DNA of 64,000 nucleotides from Utricularia gibba (GCA_002189035.1 NEEC01000013.1:434001-498000), one strand, 5' to 3'. Numbered from the stretch's first letter, positions 12,157-25,803 are shown. The notes: generated by a model from the sequence alone, not told the origin. Made by a program: numbers and translations.

Positions 12157-12754
12157 CGCCGAACTCGGATCAACTGCATCGGTGATTCCGATGCGTGAAA
12201 CATAGCGACATGGCATCCACAGCAAAGCAGAAATGTGAAATACTCGGTGGTTAGTCTATGCCTTTTTTTCAAGCGTTTTGGGCATTTCCCAGGCTTTTGC
12301 TGAAGATGGGTACTGTGTGTGTACATTCATCATCTTCTTTCTAATCATTCCTTTCTGCACTCCTTTTTTTGTGAAGAATTCGCTTCTGCACTACTGCGGT
12401 TTATAGTAAAGAAAAGCATGAATTTTGATAGAATTTAGCAATAGAAAATCAGTGTGTTTGGTGTTGCAAGTGAGAAGCCATGTCAATGGGAAGAACGGAC
12501 AGACAGAGCGAGTAAAGCATAACGAAGCAAACAACCATTGAATGCACAGCTTATTTTTCCTCCTGACCACCTCAGTTGATGTTTATGTACAGAAACCATG
12601 CCAAAGGAAGCAAATATTTACAGAATTCCAACACAACGGAAAGAGGGAGAGAAAGCTTCACATATGGCTTTGTGGATATATGTACACCGCAACGCAATCA
12701 GCTGAGATTGCCAGAATGGGATTATATACAGATATGTTCCCTTAGCCACCAGTC

Positions 12755-15700
12755 TTACTCTGGCCTGAAACTCACTAGATTTGGGAGGTAAGTGGAACGG
12801 AGCATCTTTATGTCATTGGATGTCAGCTTGCATGACTCTAGTGTAAGAGATTTCAAGTCCTTGAGAGTCTTCAGATGCAATAAACCAGCACATGTGATAC
12901 GGGAGTTCGATACATTTAACGATACGAGTTGAAGCAGTCCTGCTTTTTGATAGAGTTTGACATTATGCAGAGAAAATGGAGCGTGAAGATTGCAATGGAA
13001 TACGCATACATTACAGTAAGTTTACCTGAGATGGATTCTAAGCTCTTATCTGTCAAGCGACTGTTCTGAGATAGGTTCAGGAGTGTAAGGGATGTAAGAT
13101 CCTTGATATTCTTTACACCAGCATCAGTTAATCCACCCCACAAATTTCCAGGGAGCGCAAACTCTTGAAAGCTGAATGCAATGTTGTCAACAGACATTGC
13201 AAAAATTCCTGAAGAACAAAACGAGAAACACAGGCTAAGTACAGATCCAGATTTAACTTACAACGCAAATGGTTGGTTCCTAAATCAGTGATCCGTGCTC
13301 CAAAGAGATCCAGGTGCATCAGTCCAGTCAAATCTGCAAAACAGAGATCAAGGGTTAGTAGTGTAAATGCTTTTTCTTTTTTATCAGTTTTAGTAGTGTA
13401 CATGTAGGGTGGGTGTAATGTAAATATGAGCATAGTAAAGCAAAATATTTACTTGTAAGAGCAGCAAGTCCAGCATCTGTGATTTGACGAGCATCTAAAT
13501 TGAGGGTCTTGAGAGATGATAAACCAGACAGCGTTCGTAGGCCCCCATCAGTAACAACAGTGAAAGAAAGATTCAAGCTCTCCAGATTTACTAGCCCTGA
13601 AACGCAACATTTCAACCAAAATTTAATGCTTGGCATTTCATCTCATTTCAATTTAACTCAAGGCAAATAAATGATTATCTTGTGTGAACAGAAGTCACCA
13701 ACAGCAGCAATTAATCATTAAACTAAGGATAAAGGAAAACAGCTGCATGTGGCATGCTGATCCGTGACTTCTGTCTCACCAGAAAGATGCCGTAATCCAT
13801 TGCTCCCAACTTCAGTATCAGAGAGCTCCAAGTACCTTAGCCGAGTAAGACCTTCACACGGTTCAATCTTAACGTTAGATAGCAAACAGGGACTATAGAC
13901 AAAGTGTTTGCCGTCTCAGAGAAAAGTCATGTCAAACAACGAAGAGCAGGCATACTAAAGTAACCTGCAAGATGAGGCATCCCATTATCATTAATATGGC
14001 AAGAGTCCAAGTTCAAGCTCTCCAAATTCGTAAGACCTTTGGCACACAAGAAGATTTTTCCATAATTCAGTTACAAGGGGATAATTCAAATATGAGCATT
14101 GCTAAGCTGAATGATATTATACATCATGCAAACCACAGTTAACTTGATACAAATAAACGGATGCAACCTTTAAGGTGTACCAGAATAGCGCTTGATATCT
14201 CATTGAAACCCAAATTCAGAACTTTCAAAGATTGCAGCTCTATAAGAAGTAGGAAGAAAAAATTATTCCGAATACAAGAAGCGAATTGAAAATATACTGC
14301 ATACTACCGAAGTTAGACCTCCTACCTGAAAATGCATCACATCCATCATCTGTCAAATAACACCTACTGAGATTTAAATATTGCAATGCACCTAAGGCTG
14401 CAATGATGCAGAAAATGAAACACAAAATGAGAGATTTAGATGAGGCTGTCAATATTGAAAACATCCCCAAACGGAAAAATAGACGAGCTTACATATTAAA
14501 GCACTTAATCAAAAAGCCAAGCAAAAATTTAACCTGCTAGTGTCTCCAAGCATGCAGCAGTGACAGGGCAGCCCTCCAAATTCACAAGGGAAAGCTTTTT
14601 CAAGTCTACAGGACAACAGAAATTAGGAATGGTACATGATAAACACAACAGCTATGGTGCATTGGAAAAATGAGCAGAACCAATTTTTTTTTCAGAACCC
14701 TGGAAATAACAAGAAATATGAGACTCAAAACAAGCACAAGGGAGCTCGCTGCCACATAAGATGATTTAGAGTCAGAAAAAGACAAATCTTTTTAGTTCCA
14801 ACTTCAAAACTCAATTTTCTTTCTATATGCAATATCAAACGATTACCCTTGAGAAAAGCAATCCCATTATCCGTAACCTTCGAGGATGCAATTTGTAATG
14901 ACTTCAAGTTTTTAAGACCTTCAGCACCGATTTATGAGCAAAAAATACGAAGTAATTGGTTAGAGGACAACATAGCACCATAAATAGGAAACGAGATTTA
15001 AAGTAATGAAACATAAAGGAAAAGGAAAAAAAAACATTATTCTCCACTCAACCACAATAAGAATATCCCAAAAGCAATGAACTGAGCAAGCAAGAAAAGA
15101 GAAATACCTGAGAGAGCCTTCATATCAGTATCAGTGATGCAATTACAACAATTCAGATTAAGAGATTCAAGGTTGGAGAGTCCTGTGCAAAGGGCAGTGG
15201 CGGGGTGTTAAAAATGGGGAAAAAGAGTTTCTTACTTCAAACAAAAAAGCATAGTGAAAGCAATCTAATGGGATTCATAGGAAAATTGAGAAGATAACAG
15301 CAGTTCTCAGAATCATATCAGGGGAACACAAACCCTTTAGATGGACAAGCCCCCCATGGATTTTTGAGCATCTCTCAAGGTCCAAATTTACCAGATTGAT
15401 CAAACCAGATAAGTAACTCATCCCTTGAGAAGTGATTGAGCTGTTTCTTTTAAAACTTAAAGCCTCCAGGCTTGCCAAACCTACAAGGTTGAGAAGAACA
15501 GCTAATGTAAGTCCTCTTCCCTTCCCTTCAATTGGAGCTATGCAAGTCTTTTCCCTTCACAACTGCAGCTTAGAATATAAAGCTGAAATTGCAGAAGACA
15601 TGGGAGGAAATTTCACCTTTGATATGCTGCAAGCCTTTGTCTGAAATCTGGTCGCAGCAATTGAAGTTTAAGGTTTGGAGATTAACACATTTCTTAAGAT

Positions 15701-16308
15701 GAATTAGGCCAGAGTCTGTAACATTAGAGCCTGAAACATCCACTGACAGTAGAGATGAACCCTGTGAAACCACAACATCCATCCACCTATCATTAACTTC
15801 AGGGTAGTCACCCAAGTTAAGGTCCTACAATAAAAAATAATGTCATTCAATATGGAATCCAAACAAGATAAGAAACTGCATTTCATTTAGGAAATGTTAA
15901 GGCATTACCTGAAGAGCGCAATCCCGAAAAGCTTCAAGCAAGCATTCATTTAGGCATTGAGAACAAACTAAATCATTAAATATCAGCTGACTCATGTCCC
16001 TTGGCAGCATATAGAAGGAAGTATATTTGTCTATGTCCTTCAGTAGAAGCCAGAAACAATGAGTTCTTATCCTTCCTTGGTACATATAACACATTGAGAA
16101 CACAAAATTGTACCTTGCGAATCCTTTGTACGCATAAATCTATTAGAGATGGGGCATTTTGTTTTCCCAGGCTCGCGTCCAAGCATGACCTGGAGAACGA
16201 TGCTCCAAGCCATTTTGAGCTCCCACTTTTAACGTATCTGCCATAACCTATATTCACATTCTCCTCATTGACCTGCTGGTTACGTTTTATCGAACAAACT
16301 CCCCCCAT
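12755..16308 (-). CDS. RNI-like / F-box-LRR-14-like leucine-rich repeat protein (At1g15740-like), about 577 aa if a 1-bp deletion at 13136-13139 is corrected; as written it is frameshifted in the penultimate exon
   Basis: Starts MGGVCSIKR...APSLIDLCVQRI, continues with LxxLxLxxxxITDxGL-type repeats and ends LPNLVSFRPE*. Exons (-): 16308-16114, 16037-15909, 15824-15617, 15480-15334, 15182-15108, 14918-14847, 14605-14534, 14397-14326, 14239-14168, 14036-13965, 13851-13780, 13596-13453, 13333-13262, 13171-13026, 12939-12755. All introns are GT-AG. Sum 1733 nt, one short of a multiple of 3. Confidence 0.9.
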
Positions 16309-16795
16309 TGAATAGTTTACGAAACTTAGTTTACATCAAGATAGCTTCACTTCCGTTCAACACACCTGAATATTTGTACAAAATAGTGAAACGTGAGATA
16401 CTTTTGGAACCCTGATGCGAAGGAAAGAGGCAAGAGAAAGTTCACATGATCCCCCCAACGCCACGGAGCAAGATTGCATGTACACAATAAGAAGAAGAAA
16501 AACCCAAAATTGATAACAGCAGTAACAAGACTCGCCACTCTTTTAAAAGTTGAGCATCGCAAGGAAATACAATTACCCTACACAAAGAAAAACCCATGAT
16601 CACGTAAACCCAGTCCCGTCTAAAAGAGGAGCACCAAAAAAAGAAGTGAAAATGAAGCACGAGAACAGAGAATCAATCAGAAAAGAGAAAGGGGCCTGAA
16701 AATTCCAATATCACTACACGCCAAACCTCATCAATCAGTCATGGTGAGTCATGAAAGACCTGAGAATTGGCGAAACAGGTGAAGTGGATAAAGTC

Positions 16796-16832
16796 GAAGA
16801 AGAAGAAGAAGAAGAGGAAGAAGATGATGATG
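16796..16832. repeat. (GAA)n/(GAT)n microsatellite, probably the CTT-rich 5' leader of the LRR gene
   Basis: GAAGAAGAAGAAGAAGAAGAGGAAGAAGATGATGATG, just downstream (on the minus strand) of a GC-rich promoter-like region at 16850-17050 containing CCACGTA and GGGCCCAC. Confidence 0.8.
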
Positions 16833-17207
16833 CGTGAAAGAAGAGAATAGCAGCGGCCTTCCGAGCCGGACTCCGAGCCAACCGAGGGGGGCCACGTATA
16901 TGGACTAGGACGCCGAGTTCTCGTTCAGGTTCATCGTGACGCTAGTGAGGCCCTACCAGTTTCGTTCCGGATTTTAATGTTTTATGATGATGGCCCCGGC
17001 CGGCTTTATCCATTTCATTGATTCCGGGCCCACGCAAGTGCCTCTTTTTCTGAGAAATATTAAAAAGAGTGCGTCCTTCCACCTGTAAATTCCACACCCC
17101 TATTCCCATGCACCAAAATCGTCAAAGTAGGAGTAGGAGTGTTGGAATAGGTAAAGCTCTTGAACTGATAGTGTCTGATAAGATGATGTTTAGAAAATCA
17201 TGTTGGG

Positions 17208-20200
17208 ATGAAGAAGGGCTGAGCATGAAAAGAAATATTGAATAAGAAAATCTATTGAGTGAGAATGATCTCAAATGGAGTAGTGCTCAAACATGAAATC
17301 TCTTGACAATGAACCGTTAGAGAAGATAATCTCTTTGTGAAAAGAAGGATTTCATAGCAGAGAAGAGTCATTTGGATAGGAAAAGCCCAAGAAGGATGTG
17401 CGTGCATAACGAATGCTTGAATAGAGAAGTGACTGTGTGGAGTAGTGAGTATTGAACATTGATGAATTGATCCAACTTCATCTCACTTGCCCTACATAGG
17501 TGGAAGAATTAGAAATGAATGAAGATTGAATTGATAACGTAAATGAGAGAAGTTTTGGCTCATTAACTAATGCCCAAGGTACAACATAAAACTACTAACA
17601 AAGAAAAAAATCATAATGATTGAAATGGCAACAAAACTTCTATCTAATGGCTAGCTAATCCTATTAGATATATAAATAGATATTAATTGTAAGGATTCAA
17701 CTGTTTTAATTAGTAGAGTTTCAACAAGATTCTACAAAATTGTTACTAGAAAAACTTGTATAAAAGTAAGAATTTTTGAAGATAGACACTGGTGCTTTCA
17801 CATATCAACAACTCATCTATTCTCATTTTGATGACAATTGTGGGATTGAAGAAAAGCATGGAGAAAATGCATGCAATGTACTTTTATATTCCAAAGTTTT
17901 AAGGAGCCCAATTCGATGGTACTCACTAAGCCGTATGGGAAAAAATGATGATGAACCATCTCAACAAAATTGACGTTTGGAATGTATTTATCAACAATCC
18001 ACCAATGATACCATAAGCAAAAACTAGAGTACCTAGTGAAAGCATTAAGTGCATGTAGCTACAAAGGAGTATAAGCGAAAAATGAAACTAGCGACAACAA
18101 ATCTATAAAAAATTTTTACATTGTACTTCACCCAGAAATCTATGAGAGTCCCTCAAAGAAACTTATGCTATCCATGTTGATAATTAAGAGTGAGAGATTG
18201 ATTGCTTATGGCAAGAAGTTTGAAAGAATTTCGACATAAACTACATTGGCAAATTACGTCATCAAATTGCTAAGCCTAATTGACAATCTCAAGTAGTTGA
18301 TAGAAGAAGTTGAAAGCAAGAAAATACAACATGAATTCTTAAATGTTTTACCTCCACACTTCAATGTTATAACAAACACTTTGGATATGATGGGAATCCT
18401 TAGAACTATGACTTCAAAACAACTTATTGATAGATTTCTTTCTGTTGAAAAAAAGATGGATGCACATAGTGAAACTCCACTTGCATTTAAGGCTTAACCT
18501 ATAAAGAAAAATAGACAAGAATCACATATTAGCATAAATAATGCTCAACCAACAAACTATCAATAACAAAATCAAAGGTGTACATATCAAACCTATCAAA
18601 GAGAATCTCACCAAAATGAAAATAAACCTTATCAACAGAATTATCATACATACACCAAAGACTCTCAACCACAGTTATCAAATCCTTTTCAGCATTGTAG
18701 AAGATACAATCACTACTCCAAGTATAGTTTTTGGCACTCGAATACTTTCTGTGACTATTATAATCAAAGGAACAAAAGGATAGTCTATGAATCTGTCGCA
18801 TAAGAAGGCAACAACAGCAAAGTGAGCCTACACAAATGAGCAATGAAATACAAGATGTGACACAAATGTTTAATGTTGTAATTGCTGAAGTTGATGAAAT
18901 AAAGGATGCGATTAACCTTTATTCATTACATAACTATACAATTTTCTTGTTAATCCATAGAAAAACATCAACAACATATGGTTGGTGGATAATGGATGCA
19001 ACAATCATATTTGTAACAATCAAAATTTGTTCATCCATAAAACTAGCAAGTAGAGAAATCAAAGTTGCAAATGGGAAAAAAATTAAGTATGATCAGTATG
19101 GGCACAATAAAATTGGAAGTAGGGAATAAGGTTGTACCAACAATGTGTATTTGCTATCGATAATCAATCATAATTTGTAAGTGTTGGACAATTATTACTA
19201 AGGAATCCCTTTGGTCATGTTATTTTAAATTGACTTTCAACTCATGGAAATTATTATTATATCAAAATTTTGGGTCGATGCAGTAAACATAGCTATCTAC
19301 ATTTTAAATCAACTTTCAACTTGTGAAAGTGCAATTAGAAAGACACTCTATGGATTTTGGTTCAATAGAGTACTATGAATAGATTGTTTCAAGATTTTTG
19401 GGTCATTATACATATTCACACTTGATGCTCCACGAAAAAAATTAGATAAAAAGAACAAGATATGAATCTTTATGGGTTACATCTAAAGTTTATCAGGTTT
19501 GGGACACTGATACATAATAAATTCTGATTACATCAAATGTTGTTGTTGATTAGGAATGAGAAATAAATTAGAAACAAATACTTCGAGTACCTTTCTGGTT
19601 ACTGATTACTAGAAATGTCAATGCTTAATTAGAATCAATGGAAAGAATAATAGACAATAAACAATCTTTGAAGAGGAGCAACTGCAAGTAGAGTCTAATT
19701 TTCCAAAAGTACAACTATTTGAATATTATGTCAACCATGAAGAAGGGCTGAGCATGAAAGGAAATATTGGAGAAGAAAATCTATTGAGTGAGAATGCTCT
19801 CAAATGGAGTAGTGCTCAAACATGAAATCTCTTGACAATGAACACTTAGAGAAGGCAATCTCTTTGCGAAAAAAGGAATTTTATAGCAAAGAAGAGTCAT
19901 TTGCATTGGAAAAGTCCAAAAAAGATGTGTGTACATAATAAATGCTTGAATAGAGAAGTGGCTGCAAGGCCTAATGCATGTGAAGTAGTTAGTGTTGAAA
20001 ATTGATGAATTCGTCCAATTTCATCTCACTCGCCCTACACAAGTGGAAGAATTGGAAATGAATAAAGATTGTATTGATAACATAAATTGGAGAAATTGTG
20101 GATCACCAACTTACTCCCAAAGTACAAGATCAAACTACTAGATAAAGACAAATTGACAATAAATCTTCACTCGGCTAGCTGATGCTATTAGATATATAAA

Positions 20201-20404
20201 TAGACACTAGTTGTAAGGATCAAATTGTTTTTTTGAGGAGACTTTCAACAAGATTCTACAAAATTGTTACTAGAATAACTTGCTTTCATATATCAACAAT
20301 CCCTCTATTCTCATTTTGGTAATAGTTTTGGGATTGAAGAAAAATATGGAGAAAATGTAGATATTGTACTTCTCTACTCCAAAGTAAGAAGAAACCAAAT
20401 TCGA
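17208..20404 (+). mobile_element. Degenerate, internally deleted Ty1/Copia element bounded by LTR-like direct repeats (17208-17916 and 19737-20404)
   Basis: Two diverged repeats of about 670-710 bp start ATGAAGAAGGGCTGAGCATGAAA and end AATTCGA; the first is followed by a TGGTAC PBS-like remnant. The interior has broken gag, a zinc-knuckle-like stretch (about 18690-18790), protease-like GWWIMDA and integrase C-terminal motifs (FWVDAVNIAIYILNQL). No RT/RNase H seen. Confidence 0.7.
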
Positions 20405-20505
20405 TGTGGTAGAATTCAAGTTTTCAGGACTTTGCTTTTCAGTTTTTAATTTGTTCTACTTCATACCAACTTAATCGATCCAATGTGTCCAATTATACCA
20501 TTTGG

Positions 20506-20574
20506 TGCCGCATGTTCATGTTGCAAATGTGCCACATGTTCATCTTGCATGTGCACCACATGTTGTTGTATGCA
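20506..20574. repeat. Imperfect tandem repeat of about 22-24 bp (CCACATGTTCATNTTGCA-like), about 3 copies
   Basis: GCCGCATGTTCATGTTGCAAATGT / GCCACATGTTCATCTTGCATGT / GCACCACATGTTGTTGTATGC. Confidence 0.7.
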
Positions 20575-21639
20575 AAATAAGAATGAGGTCTAGAAAGGGA
20601 TCTGTATGATGGAATTTAATGTTTTTTCACTCATTTTTGAATTTTGTAAAGGCGAGAAGCAAAGGTTGGAAGGAAAGGTTATCATATCCAAAGTGAATAA
20701 AGATGTAAAGTTGGTTTGGAGTCTAAGATGTCAAGATAAGTGGAATGGTTGTTTTTGAAGCTTTGCTTGTCTTTGAAACTGATTTATGCACTTATATATG
20801 TACGTGATGTTGATGCTTCAATTCCATTACTTTGGATGTGTCTACTGTCTAAAACCTTTTATGTTGTATTAAAATTCTAACATGGGAGTAAGTTATTTTG
20901 GAAAACTATTTTCAAGTCCAAAAATATGATTCTCTTTACTAAGGATACCTCTGTTACTTTTAAGATGATATGTCTTTATTGTAACTTATAATATGTGATA
21001 AACAAGATAGGAAAGAATGAACGATATATGAACCCATATCTCCAGCAATGTGGTTGTACCATGAGGATTACGACTAATATGTCAGACATATATGAAGTAT
21101 CATGTATAAGTGAAAGACCAAAAAGTATGAAAGTTAAGCAAGAAATGTATAATATATAACTTGACTTTGTGATTCTATGGTAGGTGGTGGCTCTCTTTAT
21201 TGTAGAACCATGAACAAGGGCAACTTATGTCTCACCTATTATAGTCTAATAGTAATGTCAAGGCTAGACGGCCATGAGAAGTGGGAAAAGATAGTTATGG
21301 GGACTCACAATGTGTTTCAAGTTTCTTTTATAAACTCTATATGTTCTCTCTTTTTATATTTTATATTTTTGACATATTTTAAAACTCAAAAACATACTTT
21401 TTTTATTTATTTTAAGGGATGAAGAGAGCTAGTACAGATCCGATCATCAACCAAGTTTTCAATATATATTACGTTTTGAATCTATTTGATTATTTCTTAT
21501 GAACTACGTTAGATAAAAACACTTGGATAGAGCCTTATGTCTAGTTTATTTATGTATTTACCCATTTTCATAACAATGGATCGCATTATGAAACACACAT
21601 TGGGTTATAGTTTTTCATTAGGATTGGATGATTACAACT

Positions 21640-22280
21640 CATCTTTCTGAGGCCCTAAAAGTGGGTCGTGACAATGGTACCTACTCTGCCGCATGCAAAA
21701 AAAGGATGATGAACCATCTCCACAAAGTTGACGTTTGGAATGTATTTATCAATTATTCACTAGTGATACTAGGAGCAAAAACTAGAGTACTTGGTGAAAT
21801 TATTAAGAAAGCACATTCAACTACGTAAGAGTATGAATAAAAAATGAAACTAGTAGTGATAGTTATGGACTCAGCACTCACTATTGAGATCTATAAAAAA
21901 ATTTCTATATTATACTTCACCATGAGATCTATGGAGTCACTTAATGAAACCTATACTATCAATGTTCAAGATAAAAAGCAAGAAATCAATTGCTTATTGC
22001 AAGCAGTTGAAGGAATGTGTATACAAACCACATTGGAAAATTACATCATCAAATTGCCCAACCTAATTGACAATCTCAAGTAATTGGGAGAAGAAGTTAA
22101 AAACAAGAAAATACAGCATAAAGTCTTAAGTGTTTTACTTCCATACTTCGACGTTATGACTAACACTTTGAATCTGACAGGAATAGTTAGAACTATAACT
22201 TCAAAATAGCTGATTGATAGATTGTTTGCTATCGAAAGAAATATGTGTGCACATTGTAAAACCACACTTACATTTAAGAT
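21640..22280 (+). mobile_element. Second degenerate Copia gag fragment with LTR end and PBS remnant
   Basis: GGGTCGTGACA followed by ATGGTACC. 21697-22275 aligns by eye with 17935-18495 (GATGATGAACCATCTCNACAAA..TTGACGTTTGGAATGTATTTATCAA). Confidence 0.65.
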
Positions 22281-23294
22281 TTACTAAATAATTTTTTTAC
22301 TTTCCCACACAAACTTTATTTTTACACTTTTCTACATGTACTTGCTAGTTGTTTACATTTCCTATTTGAATGCTTAACTTGCTTGAATATCTTCATCAAC
22401 TCAACATGCTTACTTCATCATTAACATTTCTGTTTTCGTTAGCAAGTCTAGAACATGAAACCCAAAGGTGCTTTTAATGAGTTCATATGTAATTTAATCT
22501 TAGATAAAATATAATGTTTACTATTAATTTCCAAAAATGTCGATTTACACATTATGTTTTTTGCCTTTTACTTTAGAAGCCAATTGAAGAATTTCCATAA
22601 TTCATTAGAGTAGAAATCCATTTTTAGAAAAAAATTCCTTGTTTAATCTCACTTACATATATGATTAACAATTAAAAACCGTTTGTTGTCTGTGGATCGA
22701 TTTGAACTTACTGTTACTACATTATTTTCTTTGTGAATAAGATGTAGATTGTTTGTTCAATTTATAAATATCTTTTGATGGAGAAGATTTTTAGGTTGTG
22801 ACATCTTTAAAATTTTCCATCGATTAGAGAATATGGCTATTGATTTAGCAGTTCAATATTAATGTTAAAAATTCAAACCATAAAAAGGATGTTCTAGCGA
22901 CAAAATATGATGTTGAACACATATACTAGAAAATGAAGAGCATTTTAGAAGATCTACTCTAAATTCATTGTAACCTACAAGGTTGAATGACTACATTATG
23001 AGCACACAACAAAGAGTTATAAAAAAGACTATACATTTACGAAAGATGTTGAATGACCTTGAAACCCATAAGTATATCAGCAGCATTAGTACACCCAGGA
23101 TGGAAAGAAGATGTGAAACAAGAACTAGATCAAATAAAGAAATGATGAGATAATCGATTCTCTTTGAGTCAATCACTACAAGAGTTTTTCTAGATGTTCT
23201 CATTAATAAATTATTCAATTTCCCATTTTAGGGTCGTATATGTCATTTGTGATATGACAAATGCCTTTGTGGACATGATATAAAAGATCTACCT

Positions 23295-25627
23295 TAAGCA
23301 TGGGTACGGGTCAACCCGGGTTAGCAGTGAGTCGACCCGTACGGAATGGATATGAGTTACCCGTACTCATGAAAAAACAAGTACAAGTCAAGTAAGTGAT
23401 TTTTGATCCAATGAGTTATCCGGGTAACCCGTGAAAAAATGAATGATTTATAGTCCAAATTGTTCCCAGCCCAATGATTGCTCTAAGTATAACGATTATT
23501 TCTTAGTTACTAATATCACTTTTATTTTTATTTAATATATAATCTTTGAAGTTAACTCTTCGTACACTCATGCTCTTCTTTCTCCAGAAATCATGAAATT
23601 TAGCATTCTTCAATCCTTCATATTCTATTCAAAGTTCAAATGATTTTCTTCTCCAATCTATATTTCATTCTCTTGCACCAATACATTTCCCATATCCTAA
23701 ATCTGTTTGTTTGCCCTTTTTTTTTGAAATCCTATTTGAGAATCAAAGAGTTATTCGTATTTTGTGTTTTAACCTTTTATTTTGCCTTTTCTCTTTGATT
23801 TAATGGCACAAGATTCATTGAATCAATCGATTTCATCACTTTTCTTGAAGTAAATGAATTTGAAATTCGTGGAGAAAGCCAAACAAATTCTACATCAACA
23901 AAAGAAAGGACGTCAGTGTATGGCATGGTCATTTCAAGCATGATATGGTAAAAAAATTGTAATTTATAAATATTTTCATAAGGGTTATGAGCATAGTAAG
24001 GGTAGTTTAACTACAAATTATAATCGTTATGTTATGAATAATCATCTGGATAGATGGGTGGGAAAGGATGGGAAGAAAAATCATAGACAATCGGCAAATT
24101 GCTGTTGAACATCCTTTTGTAAATATTGAAGTAAGGGGTATGTGCTTACTTTAATTGCTAGTGAACATCCTTTTTGTGAATTAGAAAATCGAATCATGCA
24201 ATATTTTTTTAAAACACGCATGCAACCGCAATATTCACCGTTTTCCAAAACAAAAGCCATTAGATTGATGATAAGTGGCTTATGCAAAAAAGAATTTTGA
24301 CATTAAGACAATTTAATACTTCTCATTTAGGTGCTAAGATTGCTGAGTTAATTACATATATTTGCATGCAATATTGTATTATTGATCGTATTTTTTCAAT
24401 GAGTCTTAATAATACTTCTAACAATTCTTATGCCTTGAAAATGTCAATGAATCCCATTATAGAAAGTTCTTTTTTCCATTCTCGTTATGCTTGCCATATA
24501 TTGAATTTATGTGTCTAAGATGCTTTTATAGTATATGATTTTAGTCATGTTTTTGGGATCTTTTTAAACTTAGTTAAGTTGATGAAAATTTTAATCCTAA
24601 GAGAACTATGTTTAATCGAGTTTGTGAAGCCCCAAGTATTTCATATAGAATTTTTAAGGATGATCGTTCAACTAGGTGAAATTCTACACTTCATATGATT
24701 AATTCTTTGCTAGTAATTCTTTGCTGGTAATTCTTTGCTACTTTATAAGCATATTATTTCATCTTTTATATCGATGCACATTGATCCTATGATTGATCTA
24801 GATTCCATGATTTTTACTAAGCTTGAATGTTTGTGTGATTTGTTATCTACCTTTGAAAAATTTACGTATTTGCTTAGTGGATCATACTATCCTACCACTT
24901 ATTTAGTGTTGTCTACTTTAGTTAGTATCTCTAAAACTTTTAAAAAAATGCATTGACATAGGATTTCTCACAGAAGTTGTTTATACTATAGTTGAAAAAT
25001 TTGCAAAATATTTTCAAATTATTCCTATTTTATTTCTTGTATCCAGCATTCTTGATCCAAGAGTGAAAGCTACGGGTTTGCAAGCAAGTTTTAAAATGTA
25101 TTATGTTATTTCTCTTAGACTTTAAAATATTGAGCTTAATGCTTTGGTTATGTATGATTTAGCTATTAATGCTTTGAATCATTTATATGATTTATATGAG
25201 ATTGAGTCTGATAGCTCAAGCATTAGAGTGGAGATGAATGCATGTGCTCCAAGTGAGTTGGAGAACTTTTATGCCATGGTGTCTACTTCTCCGAGCACTC
25301 TTTCGAAAGGTAGTGAATTTCATTTTATAATGCAATCCACCATAAAAAGTCTAAAGGAGATGAATTCGACACATTGGGATGGTGGACGAGTCAAATGTTT
25401 GCTCATCCCACATTGTCTACATTGCCTACAGTAACAAAAACTGTTTTTACACCAATAAGCAAATAACTTAAAGAAAAAGAATATTTTAAAAAAATAAAAT
25501 GGAAATGCAGGTTGGCGAGTCCACACTCATGTCGACTCTACGAGTCGACAGGTAACAAGACAATTGGGGTACGATATGAGTTGGGGGTTAGAACTTGTCA
25601 ACCCATCAACTCGTGAACCCTTTCTTA
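23295..25627 (+). mobile_element. Degenerate hAT (Ac-like) DNA transposon
   Basis: ACCCG/CGGGT-rich subterminal repeats at both ends and a weak TIR (TAAGNANGGGT). Broken transposase motifs: FFHSRYACHILNLCV, STR*NST, LSGSYYPT, ILDPRVK, and a dimerisation-domain remnant near 25370-25430. No clear 8-bp TSD. Confidence 0.8.
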
Positions 25628-25803
25628 ATAAAGCCGTGACTCAACAAGTCCAACTCATTACCCAGCAAGTTGTGACCCATGCCCAGATCTGTTGTGGAGG
25701 GAGGATTTTGTGAGTTATTCATCAAAGATCTCATTTTGGCCCTCGATGATACATTTCCTAATGGATTACACTTGGCCCTAGCCATGCCATGATCTTGAAT
25801 AGA

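Noticed and set aside
25630-25800. Minus-strand segment faintly like a LINE RNase H (RKCIIEG..., NRSGHGSQLA)
   Set aside because: Too short and degenerate to support a call without an HMM search.
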